This document shows positions 36,892 to 44,830 of a stretch of DNA of 52,073 bases, one piece after another. This DNA is from Bacteroidota bacterium (GTDB lineage: Bacteria > Bacteroidota > Bacteroidia > NS11-12g > UBA955), in contig SXYY01000121.1 in NCBI GenBank assembly GCA_005788145.1, forward strand, positions 1-52,073, in the 5' to 3' direction. Each line of letters begins with the position of its first letter. The first letter of the stretch is position 1. The position numbers and the translations under genes were made by a program. Below the pieces are notes generated by a model. That model saw nothing but the letters and a program-made list of their open reading frames with translations. It was not told the DNA's origin and ran no database searches.

Positions 36892-37386
36892 ATGTTCGGT
36901 CCTTTCGCCCTGGTGATTTCCCGCATTGCCATATTGTTGGGATTTCATCGCAAAGAAACATTGTTCACCGAATCGGAATCGGCGGAGATCGTATCGGCCA
37001 TTGCCCAGGCAGAGCTCACGACTTCTGCTGAAATCAGGGTGCACATTAGCCAAAAATTCAAGGGCGATACTGTCGTTGCTGCAGCCGCGGAAACCTTTGC
37101 CAAATTGGGCATGCATAAAACGGCTGAGCGAAACGGCATCCTCATTTTTTTGGTTCCCAACACTAAGCAATTTGCCATCTTTGGCGATGCGGGCATCAAT
37201 GCTAAGATGGCTCCCGGCGATTGGGATGTAATTCGCGACAACATGCAGGAAAAATTCAGAAACCGCAATTTCAAAGGGGGTGTCATTTTAGGCATTCAGC
37301 AAATTGGCGAGATTCTGGCGACGCATTTCCCGCCAACTGCGAGCAACCCCAACGAACTCAGTAACCAAGTATCAACCGATGCGTAA
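36892..37386 (+). CDS. TPM-domain protein (TLP18.3/Psb32/MOLO-1 phosphatase-like fold)
   Basis: I trimmed to the ATG at 36892, 1 nt after the lemA stop. It has an N-terminal hydrophobic segment. The stretch ESAEIVSAIAQAELTTSAEIRVHI...ERNGILIFLVPNTKQFAIFGDAGI is TPM-like. It occupies the typical position next to lemA. Confidence 0.75.
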   Translation: MFGPFALVISRIAILLGFHRKETLFTESESAEIVSAIAQAELTTSAEIRVHISQKFKGDTVVAAAAETFAKLGMHKTAERNGILIFLVPNTKQFAIFGDAGINAKMAPGDWDVIRDNMQEKFRNRNFKGGVILGIQQIGEILATHFPPTASNPNELSNQVSTDA

Positions 37387-38203
37387 TCTAGTGACAACCA
37401 ATTTATTACGTCGCTCTTGGGCGATGTCATTGCTGATCACCGCATTGGCCCTACTTCCCTGCACATCGGTCTATGCCGAACAAGTTCTACCAAAATACAA
37501 AGGCCATATCAACGACTTTGCCGGTGTTCTCAAACCCAACGAAGTTCAGGCCTTGGAAGAACGACTGTACCAATTTGAAGATTCTACATCGGTACAAATT
37601 GCGGTGGTCATCGAAAAATCTGCGAATGGCTATGCGGCCGTTGACCGGGCAATGTTTTTGGCTCGCGGATGGAAAGTCGGGGTCGAGGGCAAAAACAATG
37701 GTATGTTATTGTATATCGCCATCGATGATCGGAAGTTTCATACTGTTACGGCAGATCAACTGCAAGATCGACTGAGCGCGAGTAGAATCGGTCAAATTCA
37801 CAACGAGTATTTGGTGCCCAACATGCGCAAAGGCGACTATGCCTTGGCCATTGACCAAACCGCATTGGCGTACGAACAAGCCATTCGCAATAAGTTCAAA
37901 GGACGCGCGACCAAAAAAGGCAAAAAAGGGGGGGGCGTATGGACGATTTTCGCCGCCTTGGTCATTTTATTCTTGATGGCTCGAAGCGGTCGAGGTGGCG
38001 GTGGCGGTGGATATTCGGGCCGCGGACATTACAACGGTGGTATGGGTAGCAATCCTTTCCTATGGGCCGCACTTGGAAGCAGTTTTGGCAGGGGTTTCGG
38101 TGGCGGTTCCTCGGGTGGTTTTGGCGGTGGCGGCTCCAGCGATTGGGGCGGTTTTGGCGGTGGTGGCGGATTCAACGGCGGTGGCGCTGGCGGAAGCTGG
38201 TAA
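37379..38203 (+). CDS. YgcG-like TPM-domain protein with TM helix and Gly-rich C-terminal tail
   Basis: I trimmed to the ATG at 37379, which overlaps the upstream stop by 8 nt. A signal peptide is present. GHINDFAGVLKPNEVQALEERL...STSVQIAVVI...NNGMLLYIAIDDRKFHTVT is the TPM domain. A TM helix (VWTIFAALVILFLM) and a G-rich tail follow. Confidence 0.8.
   Translation: MRNLVTTNLLRRSWAMSLLITALALLPCTSVYAEQVLPKYKGHINDFAGVLKPNEVQALEERLYQFEDSTSVQIAVVIEKSANGYAAVDRAMFLARGWKVGVEGKNNGMLLYIAIDDRKFHTVTADQLQDRLSASRIGQIHNEYLVPNMRKGDYALAIDQTALAYEQAIRNKFKGRATKKGKKGGGVWTIFAALVILFLMARSGRGGGGGGYSGRGHYNGGMGSNPFLWAALGSSFGRGFGGGSSGGFGGGGSSDWGGFGGGGGFNGGGAGGSW
37988..38200 (+). repeat. GGN-rich low-complexity coding tract (Gly-rich tail of the YgcG-like protein)
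   Basis: ggtggcggtgg-type units recur and encode GRGGGGGGYSGRG...GGGSSGGFGGGGSSDWGGFGGGGGFNGGGAGGSW. Confidence 0.8.
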
Positions 38204-38250
38204 ATCATCGCAAATTACCAAATCACCTTTCTTTCCGATGGATTGTTTTG

Positions 38251-38258
38251 TACCTTTG
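38251..38258 (+). promoter_or_regulatory. candidate -7 box (TACCTTTG), 8 nt upstream of the uvrA ATG
   Basis: The plus strand reads TACCTTTG-caaattcc-ATG (ATG at 38267). A weak -33-like TTTC is at 38228-38231 with a 19-nt spacer. Confidence 0.4.
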
Positions 38259-38266
38259 CAAATTCC

Positions 38267-41122
38267 ATGAAAAACGGACCTTCCACGCATATTCATCAGC
38301 CCGATGCCAACGAACCACGCATCGAGATTTTGGGTGCGCGCGAACACAATTTGAAGTCCGTGGATTTGGTCATCCCACGCAATAAATTGGTGGTTTTTAC
38401 TGGCCTCTCAGGATCGGGAAAAAGTTCGCTTGCATTTGACACCTTATTCGCAGAAGGACAGCGTCGCTACTTAGAGAGTTTTTCCGCCTATGCCCGACAG
38501 TTTATCGGCGACATGAAACGACCCGATGTTGACAAAGTCAAAGGCCTCAGCCCCGTTATTAGCATCGAACAGAAAACGGTGAGTAAAAATCCCCGAAGCA
38601 CCGTGGGTACCGTTACCGAAGTATACGATTTTCTGCGCTTGTTGTTTGCACGTGCCGGCGATGCCATCAGCTACCTCAGTGGCGAAAAAATGGTAAAACT
38701 CACCGAGCAGCAGATCATCGATGCGATGGTCAACAAATTTGAAGGTCAGAAAGTTGCCATCCTAGCACCCGTGGTAAAAGGACGTAAAGGTCACTACCGC
38801 GAACTCTTCGAACAAATCAAGAAAAAAGGCTACAACAAGGTCCGCATAGATGGTCACATTACCGACATCACCGGCAGCATGCAGGTAGATCGATACAAAA
38901 TCCACGACATCGAAGTGGTGATTGACCGTTTGCAAGTGCAGGGATTATCAACTGGCAGATTGAGCGAAAGCGTAAAAATCGCGATGAAAATGGGCGGCGG
39001 CAACATGATGGTTCAAGATGCCGATGAAAAAGTGGTTCCCTTCTCTCGTTTTTTGATGGATCCCATTTCCGGACTGAGTTACGACGAACCCCAACCCAAC
39101 TCCTTTTCGTTCAATTCACCCTACGGAGCCTGTCCAAATTGCGAAGGCATGGGGGAAACAGCCGAAGTCAATGTTGAATTCATCATCCCCGATCGCACCA
39201 AATCAATCAACCGCGGTGGCATTGTTCCCATCGGCGAATTGCGCGAAAACTGGACATTCAGTCAACTGCGCGCCCTGAGCAAAGTACTCGATTTTAGCTT
39301 GGCAGACCCCATTTCCAAATTGAGCGAGGCCCAAATCGATTGTATCTTGAACGGTTACGACGAAACCATCATGGTTACCCACGTAAACCACCAAGGACAA
39401 AAAAAGACCTACGAAAGTCAGTACAAGGGCGTTGTACATTATATCACCGAGAACTATTTCGAATCCGAGGACGACAAACTGCGTCAGTGGGCCGAAGAGT
39501 TCATGCACCAAAAAACCTGTGACGTTTGTCAGGGTGCTCGTTTGAAAAAAGAGTCGTTGCACTTCATGATTGCTGAAAAGAACATTTCCGAATTGGGCGG
39601 CATGAACATCGATGTATTGAAGGCATGGTTTGATACGGTTGGTGAGAAATTGACCGAACGACAGACCACGATCGCCACGGAATTGATTAAGGAAATTCGG
39701 GCGCGTCTCGATTTTTTGGTGGGTGTGGGATTGGGATATTTGACCTTGAACAGTCCGGCCAGAACCCTCTCGGGCGGTGAAGCGCAACGCATTCGATTGG
39801 CAACCCAAATAGGCAGCAAATTGATGAATGTGCTGTACATATTGGATGAGCCCAGTATTGGTTTGCATCAGCGCGACAACGAACGATTGATCCAAAGTCT
39901 GCGCGATTTGCGCGATATGGGCAACACCGTTTTGGTGGTTGAACACGACAAAGACATGATGCTCGCCAGCGATTGGCTAGTAGAAATCGGTCCGAATGCG
40001 GGTGTTCACGGCGGACAGATTGTTGCCAGCGGCGAAGTCAAAGATTTCATGGCCTCAGACGCCATCACCGGGAGATACCTCCGCGGAGAAGACAGCATAC
40101 CCGTGCCATCACAACGCAGAAAACCCACAAAAGAAAAATTGGTACTGAAGGGATGCACCGGACATAATTTGCAAAAAGTAAACTTGGAAGTACCCATCGG
40201 GTTGTTTGTGGCGATTACAGGCGTAAGTGGCAGTGGAAAATCCAGCTTGATCAACGAAACCCTCTACCCTGCTGCACACAACAAAGTATATGGTTCGAGT
40301 TATAAGCCTTTGCCCTTTGCCAGCATTCAAGGGTTAGAGTTTATTGACAAAGTGATTCGGATTGACCAAACGCCGATTGGACGCACGCCAAGGAGTAATC
40401 CTGCTACGTATGTGGGTGTTTTTCAAGAGATTCGCAACCTCTTTACCAATCTCCCTGAGGCAAAAATCCGTGGATACAAACCGGGGCGATTTAGTTTCAA
40501 TGTAAAAGGCGGTCGCTGCGAAGCCTGCGGTGGCGGTGGACGCAAGGTCATCGAAATGAATTTCTTGCCCGATGTAGAGGTGTTATGCGATGAGTGCCAG
40601 GGCAAACGCTACAACCGAGAAACGTTGGAGGTTCGATACAAAGGCAAGAGCATCAACGATGTATTGGAAATGTCGATTGATACTGCCGTTGAGTTTTTCG
40701 AACACATTCCTTTGATCTATCGCAAGGTAAAAACGATGCAGGATGTGGGATTGGGTTATTTAACGCTTGGACAATCGAGTACCACCATTAGCGGTGGCGA
40801 GGCTCAGCGTGTAAAATTATCGACTGAGCTCAGCAAGCGCGACACGGGTAAAACCTTGTACATATTGGATGAACCCACCACAGGATTGCATTTCAACGAC
40901 ATCAAACAGTTGTTGGGGGTATTGAATATCTTGGTTGAAAAGGGCAACACAGTGGTTGTGATTGAGCATAACATGGATGTGATCAAAGTCGCGGATTGGG
41001 TGGTTGATATTGGTCCAGAGGGCGGCAGTGGCGGTGGTCATATCCTCACTTCGGGAAGGCCTGAGCAGGTGGCGAAATTCGAAGCCTCTCATACAGGTCG
41101 ATTCCTGAAATTGGAACTTTAA
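38267..41122 (+). CDS. uvrA: excinuclease ABC subunit A
   Basis: I trimmed to the ATG at 38267. There are two ABC modules (GLSGSGKSSLAF and GVSGSGKSSL, with LSGGEAQR twice). The zinc modules are CPNCEGMG, CDVCQGARL, CEACGGGG and CDECQGKRY. Confidence 0.97.
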   Translation: MKNGPSTHIHQPDANEPRIEILGAREHNLKSVDLVIPRNKLVVFTGLSGSGKSSLAFDTLFAEGQRRYLESFSAYARQFIGDMKRPDVDKVKGLSPVISIEQKTVSKNPRSTVGTVTEVYDFLRLLFARAGDAISYLSGEKMVKLTEQQIIDAMVNKFEGQKVAILAPVVKGRKGHYRELFEQIKKKGYNKVRIDGHITDITGSMQVDRYKIHDIEVVIDRLQVQGLSTGRLSESVKIAMKMGGGNMMVQDADEKVVPFSRFLMDPISGLSYDEPQPNSFSFNSPYGACPNCEGMGETAEVNVEFIIPDRTKSINRGGIVPIGELRENWTFSQLRALSKVLDFSLADPISKLSEAQIDCILNGYDETIMVTHVNHQGQKKTYESQYKGVVHYITENYFESEDDKLRQWAEEFMHQKTCDVCQGARLKKESLHFMIAEKNISELGGMNIDVLKAWFDTVGEKLTERQTTIATELIKEIRARLDFLVGVGLGYLTLNSPARTLSGGEAQRIRLATQIGSKLMNVLYILDEPSIGLHQRDNERLIQSLRDLRDMGNTVLVVEHDKDMMLASDWLVEIGPNAGVHGGQIVASGEVKDFMASDAITGRYLRGEDSIPVPSQRRKPTKEKLVLKGCTGHNLQKVNLEVPIGLFVAITGVSGSGKSSLINETLYPAAHNKVYGSSYKPLPFASIQGLEFIDKVIRIDQTPIGRTPRSNPATYVGVFQEIRNLFTNLPEAKIRGYKPGRFSFNVKGGRCEACGGGGRKVIEMNFLPDVEVLCDECQGKRYNRETLEVRYKGKSINDVLEMSIDTAVEFFEHIPLIYRKVKTMQDVGLGYLTLGQSSTTISGGEAQRVKLSTELSKRDTGKTLYILDEPTTGLHFNDIKQLLGVLNILVEKGNTVVVIEHNMDVIKVADWVVDIGPEGGSGGGHILTSGRPEQVAKFEASHTGRFLKLEL

Positions 41123-41155
41123 TGCTTGATTTTAGGCGCTGAAATGGTGGGCATT

Positions 41156-41185
41156 GGATGAATTGTCGTAGTTCATCCTTTCCTT
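41156..41185 (+). terminator. weak hairpin plus T-rich tract after uvrA
   Basis: The sequence ggatgaa-ttgtcgtag-ttcatcc-tttcctt forms a 7-bp stem with a 9-nt loop and an imperfect T-tract. Confidence 0.35.
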
Positions 41186-41229
41186 GCATCAAAATAGAGA
41201 AAAAAACGAAGAAAACCGCGATTCCATCG

Positions 41230-41237
41230 TATTTTTG
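41230..41237 (+). promoter_or_regulatory. candidate -7 box (TATTTTTG), exactly 4 nt upstream of the purB ATG
   Basis: The plus strand reads TATTTTTG-cagt-ATG (ATG at 41242). Confidence 0.45.
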
Positions 41238-41241
41238 CAGT

Positions 41242-42600
41242 ATGGATGCTAGCCCATTGCACGCAATCTCACCTGTTGACGGCCGTTACGCCACAGGAAC
41301 CCAAAAATTAAAACCCTTCTATTCAGAAGCGGGATTGATCCAATACCGCATTCGCGTTGAAGTTGCCTACCTGTTTGCGTTGGCGAAGGTCGTCCCCAAT
41401 GTGGATTGGTTGGCCCTGATTGCCGCTCAAGAAACCCTTAAAAATTGGAGTGCCGCATTGCCCTTGAGCGATATCGAACGGGTAAAAACCATTGAAAATA
41501 CCACCAACCACGACGTAAAAGCCGTGGAATATTGCATCAAAGAGAAACTGGACGAATTGGGATTGCAAGCCTACAAAGAGTGGGTACATTTCGGACTAAC
41601 CTCCCAGGACATCAACAACACGGCCATACCGCTGAGTTTCAAAGACGCAAGTAGCGAAGTCATGCTGCCGGCACTTCGGAATATCATCGCCATCATGAAG
41701 CAGCAAGCCCAAGATTGGAAAGACATTCCGTTGTTGGCCAAGACGCACGGGCAGCCAGCATCCCCCACCCGTTTGGGCAAGGAGTGGTATGTGTTTGTGG
41801 CCCGACTTGAATCGCAATTGCAGTTGTTGGAGCAACTCCCATTCTCCGCGAAATTTGGCGGCGCCACAGGCAATTACAATGCCCACCACGTGGCTTTCCC
41901 GCAGATTGATTGGTTGGATTTTGGCGACCGATTTGTGGGCGAAGACCTAGGACTTTACCGCGTGCCCTTTACAACCCAAATTGAGCCTTACGATTTCATG
42001 GCGGCACAGTTTGATAATTGGAAGCGCATCAATACCATTTTGATTGATTTCAGCAGGGACGTTTGGACCTATGTGAGCATGGAATATTTCAAGCAGAAAA
42101 TCAAAGAAGGCGAAGTGGGTTCCAGTGCGATGCCCCACAAAGTCAACCCCATCGACTTTGAAAACGCCGAGGGGAACTTGGGGATTGCCAACGCCTTGTT
42201 CGAGCACCTTTCCGCAAAATTGCCCATTTCTCGATTGCAGCGCGACCTCACAGATAGTACTGTGTTGCGCAATTTGGGTGTACCATTCGGACATACCCTC
42301 ATCGCGCTGAACAGCCTGGAAAAAGGATTGAACAAATTGCTGTTAAACAAGGATGCCGTGAGCGCAGATTTGGGAAATAACTGGGCCGTTGTGGCCGAAG
42401 CGATTCAAACCATTCTTCGCAGAGAAGGTTACCCCAATCCTTACGAGGCGCTGAAAGACCTCACCCGTACCAACGCAAAAATTACCGAATCCAGCATAGC
42501 CAAATTCATCAACGAACTGAACATATCAGATTCTGTTAAAAATGAACTCAGACAAATCACCCCGTATAACTATACTGGCACGCATCCAAACTTGGATTGA
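41242..42600 (+). CDS. purB: adenylosuccinate lyase
   Basis: I trimmed to the ATG at 41242 (MDASPLHAISPVDGRYA). TSQDINN and GSSAMPHKVNP (the fumarate-lyase signature) are present. At 452 aa it is the long PurB type. Confidence 0.95.
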   Translation: MDASPLHAISPVDGRYATGTQKLKPFYSEAGLIQYRIRVEVAYLFALAKVVPNVDWLALIAAQETLKNWSAALPLSDIERVKTIENTTNHDVKAVEYCIKEKLDELGLQAYKEWVHFGLTSQDINNTAIPLSFKDASSEVMLPALRNIIAIMKQQAQDWKDIPLLAKTHGQPASPTRLGKEWYVFVARLESQLQLLEQLPFSAKFGGATGNYNAHHVAFPQIDWLDFGDRFVGEDLGLYRVPFTTQIEPYDFMAAQFDNWKRINTILIDFSRDVWTYVSMEYFKQKIKEGEVGSSAMPHKVNPIDFENAEGNLGIANALFEHLSAKLPISRLQRDLTDSTVLRNLGVPFGHTLIALNSLEKGLNKLLLNKDAVSADLGNNWAVVAEAIQTILRREGYPNPYEALKDLTRTNAKITESSIAKFINELNISDSVKNELRQITPYNYTGTHPNLD

Positions 42601-44719
42601 TGGGTTGCAAAAATCCTGGTCGGAAGGTGGCCGGGGCAAACGCATCGTCAAGAAAACTGCGTGGATTGGGGGTATTGCCCTCACTGTGTTGTTGGTGGCT
42701 TGGATTGCCTTGCGCGGATTCTTATTGAATTGGGCCTTCGACAAAGCTGTTGCCAAACTCGACCGCAAAGGATACTCCCTACAGTGCGAGGACAAAGGAT
42801 TCACCTACCTCTTCGGAGTGAGATTACAGGGGTTATCGCTGAACCACAAAAAACACATTGATACACTCCCAGGCAAAACCTTGTTCGCTTGCAAAGAGCT
42901 GGCCGTTGGATTGAATGTATGGAAGTTTTGGGATATCGGACTTTCGGGGTTTGAAACCAAGAACTTATCGCTGGATTTGGTAAACCTACCCAATTACTGC
43001 AATTATTGTGATTTGTTGGGCAACGATGAAAAACCTGAGGATGTTAAAACGCCGCAGCGCGATCCCATCGTGAGTCTGTTCAGACAACTCGAAAACTGGA
43101 TTGGTAAAGCACCAAATCATTTGGAAATGTCGGGCACCCGCCTATCCCTCACCGACACCACCGGTAAAATTGCATTGGAATTGCCCAATACGCTGTACCG
43201 AAACGAAGCCATCAATCTGCAACTAAAAGCGACCTCCGAAAAATTGGTCACCGATGCGCAGCGAAAAGAATACCGACGTAGACGCAAGAACGATAACGAT
43301 ACACTGCCTGCAATCTACCGGAAGCAAATAGAATTTGTGATGCAGGGCGATTTGGACAAAGACGACCTAACCGGACATGTGAGCATCAAACCCGCCAACA
43401 AACAGAAATATGTAAGTATTCCATTGGTATTGAATGGATTGGGATTCCAAAAAGCCGAATTTGAGGTATCGGAGCTGGGTGAATCTTTTGGCGCCATTCA
43501 CGCCGATTTACAGGGGGGATTTATGGGCCTACAAGTAGATGACGAACGCATTTCTGACACGTTGGTGCAAGTGGATTCCGCACACGGTAGGTTTGTTTGC
43601 GATGTAAAGGATGGTTTCTTTGAGTTGGACTCTCAAAGTACTGTGCGCATCAACCAAATATCTGCCAATGTGTTCGCCCAATACGAGGGTGGCAACAATC
43701 CCAAATATGCGCTGGGATTGTATATGCCACGATTGGCGGCAAATGCATTCTTCTCCAGCTTGCCGGTTGGCTTGTTTCGCAACATCGGCATTCCCAAAGC
43801 CACAGGAACGCTAGAATATCGCTTTCAGTTTGCCATGGAGCACGAAAAACCCCGCGATTGTGTTTTGGAAAGTCGCATGTGGCCCAGCAGCGATTTCACC
43901 ATCGTACAATGGGGCAATGTGGATCCGCGGATGATGAATGGCTCTTTCGCCTACACATATTGGGATAAAGGCGAGCCTGTTGCGCGGTTTCAGGTGGGTG
44001 GCGAGAACGGCAATTTCACGCCATTGGAATCAATCAATCAAGATTTGGTTCGATGTGTGTTGCGCAGCGAAGACCCTGATTTCTTTCATCACCAAGGGTT
44101 TTACATGGATGCTTTCCGATCCAGTATCGCCCAAAACTACCGCCAAAAACGATTTGCCCGAGGTGGTTCTACCATTTCCATGCAGCTGGTCAAGAACGTT
44201 TTCTTGGGACGCAGAAAAACCATCGCCCGGAAAGTGGAAGAAATCCTACTTACATGGTTGATGGAGCGCAGATCATTGGTGAGCAAAAACCGGATGATGG
44301 AGGTTTATTTGAATGTGATTGAATGGGGTCCGGGAATCTTTGGTGCCACCGAGGCCGCCCTATTCTATTTTCACAAACACCCAAGCGAACTCACATTGGG
44401 TGAATGCACCTTCATGGCAAGTATTATCCCCATGCCGAAAAAAGTTCGATGGTTCCTGGATTCCAATGGATGCGTAAAAAGCAACAACGGTCATTTTAGG
44501 GCGCTGAAAAATCGACTGCTCGCCAAGGACTCTGGCAGTATTGATACCGCTGTCTTTCAGGTTTGTATCCACCCGGATGCATGGAATCGCTTGAAAGGTC
44601 CGGCCAAGAAACGCGAGGACATAGAAAATCCGCTCGACGATGAAGCCGAAGAAACAGAATTACCCTTAGAAGCCATCGAAAATGAAATGGGCGTTATTGA
44701 CGACCGTTCTCGCAAATAA
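42542..44719 (+). CDS. membrane protein with C-terminal GT51 peptidoglycan glycosyltransferase domain and a ~490-aa N-terminal region of unknown function
   Basis: The C-terminal GT51 motifs are RSEDPDFFHHQG, RGGSTISMQLVKN, RKVEEILLTWLMER and LNVIEWG. There is no transpeptidase domain. A single TM helix (AWIGGIALTVLLVAWIAL) lies near the N-terminus. The start is uncertain: the ATG at 42542 overlaps the purB 3' end by 59 nt, and there is no in-frame ATG between it and the TM segment. Confidence 0.8.
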   Translation: MNSDKSPRITILARIQTWIDGLQKSWSEGGRGKRIVKKTAWIGGIALTVLLVAWIALRGFLLNWAFDKAVAKLDRKGYSLQCEDKGFTYLFGVRLQGLSLNHKKHIDTLPGKTLFACKELAVGLNVWKFWDIGLSGFETKNLSLDLVNLPNYCNYCDLLGNDEKPEDVKTPQRDPIVSLFRQLENWIGKAPNHLEMSGTRLSLTDTTGKIALELPNTLYRNEAINLQLKATSEKLVTDAQRKEYRRRRKNDNDTLPAIYRKQIEFVMQGDLDKDDLTGHVSIKPANKQKYVSIPLVLNGLGFQKAEFEVSELGESFGAIHADLQGGFMGLQVDDERISDTLVQVDSAHGRFVCDVKDGFFELDSQSTVRINQISANVFAQYEGGNNPKYALGLYMPRLAANAFFSSLPVGLFRNIGIPKATGTLEYRFQFAMEHEKPRDCVLESRMWPSSDFTIVQWGNVDPRMMNGSFAYTYWDKGEPVARFQVGGENGNFTPLESINQDLVRCVLRSEDPDFFHHQGFYMDAFRSSIAQNYRQKRFARGGSTISMQLVKNVFLGRRKTIARKVEEILLTWLMERRSLVSKNRMMEVYLNVIEWGPGIFGATEAALFYFHKHPSELTLGECTFMASIIPMPKKVRWFLDSNGCVKSNNGHFRALKNRLLAKDSGSIDTAVFQVCIHPDAWNRLKGPAKKREDIENPLDDEAEETELPLEAIENEMGVIDDRSRK

Positions 44720-44830
44720 ATATGCCTTTTTGACGCCATTCGCCCCGTTTTGTGCGAAATTTTAACGACATTTTGACACGATTTTTCACAAATATCTGAA
44801 TGGAATCTTATTTGAGCCAACGCTAGCATC

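Noticed and set aside
44720-44830. The clpB upstream region might hold a heat-shock operator or alternative-sigma promoter (repeated TTTTGAC(G/A)C, and TTGACA-N17-CTGAAT).
   Set aside because: There is no CIRCE-like inverted repeat, no exact TAnnTTTG, and only weak resemblance to any consensus I know. I cannot support a call from sequence alone.
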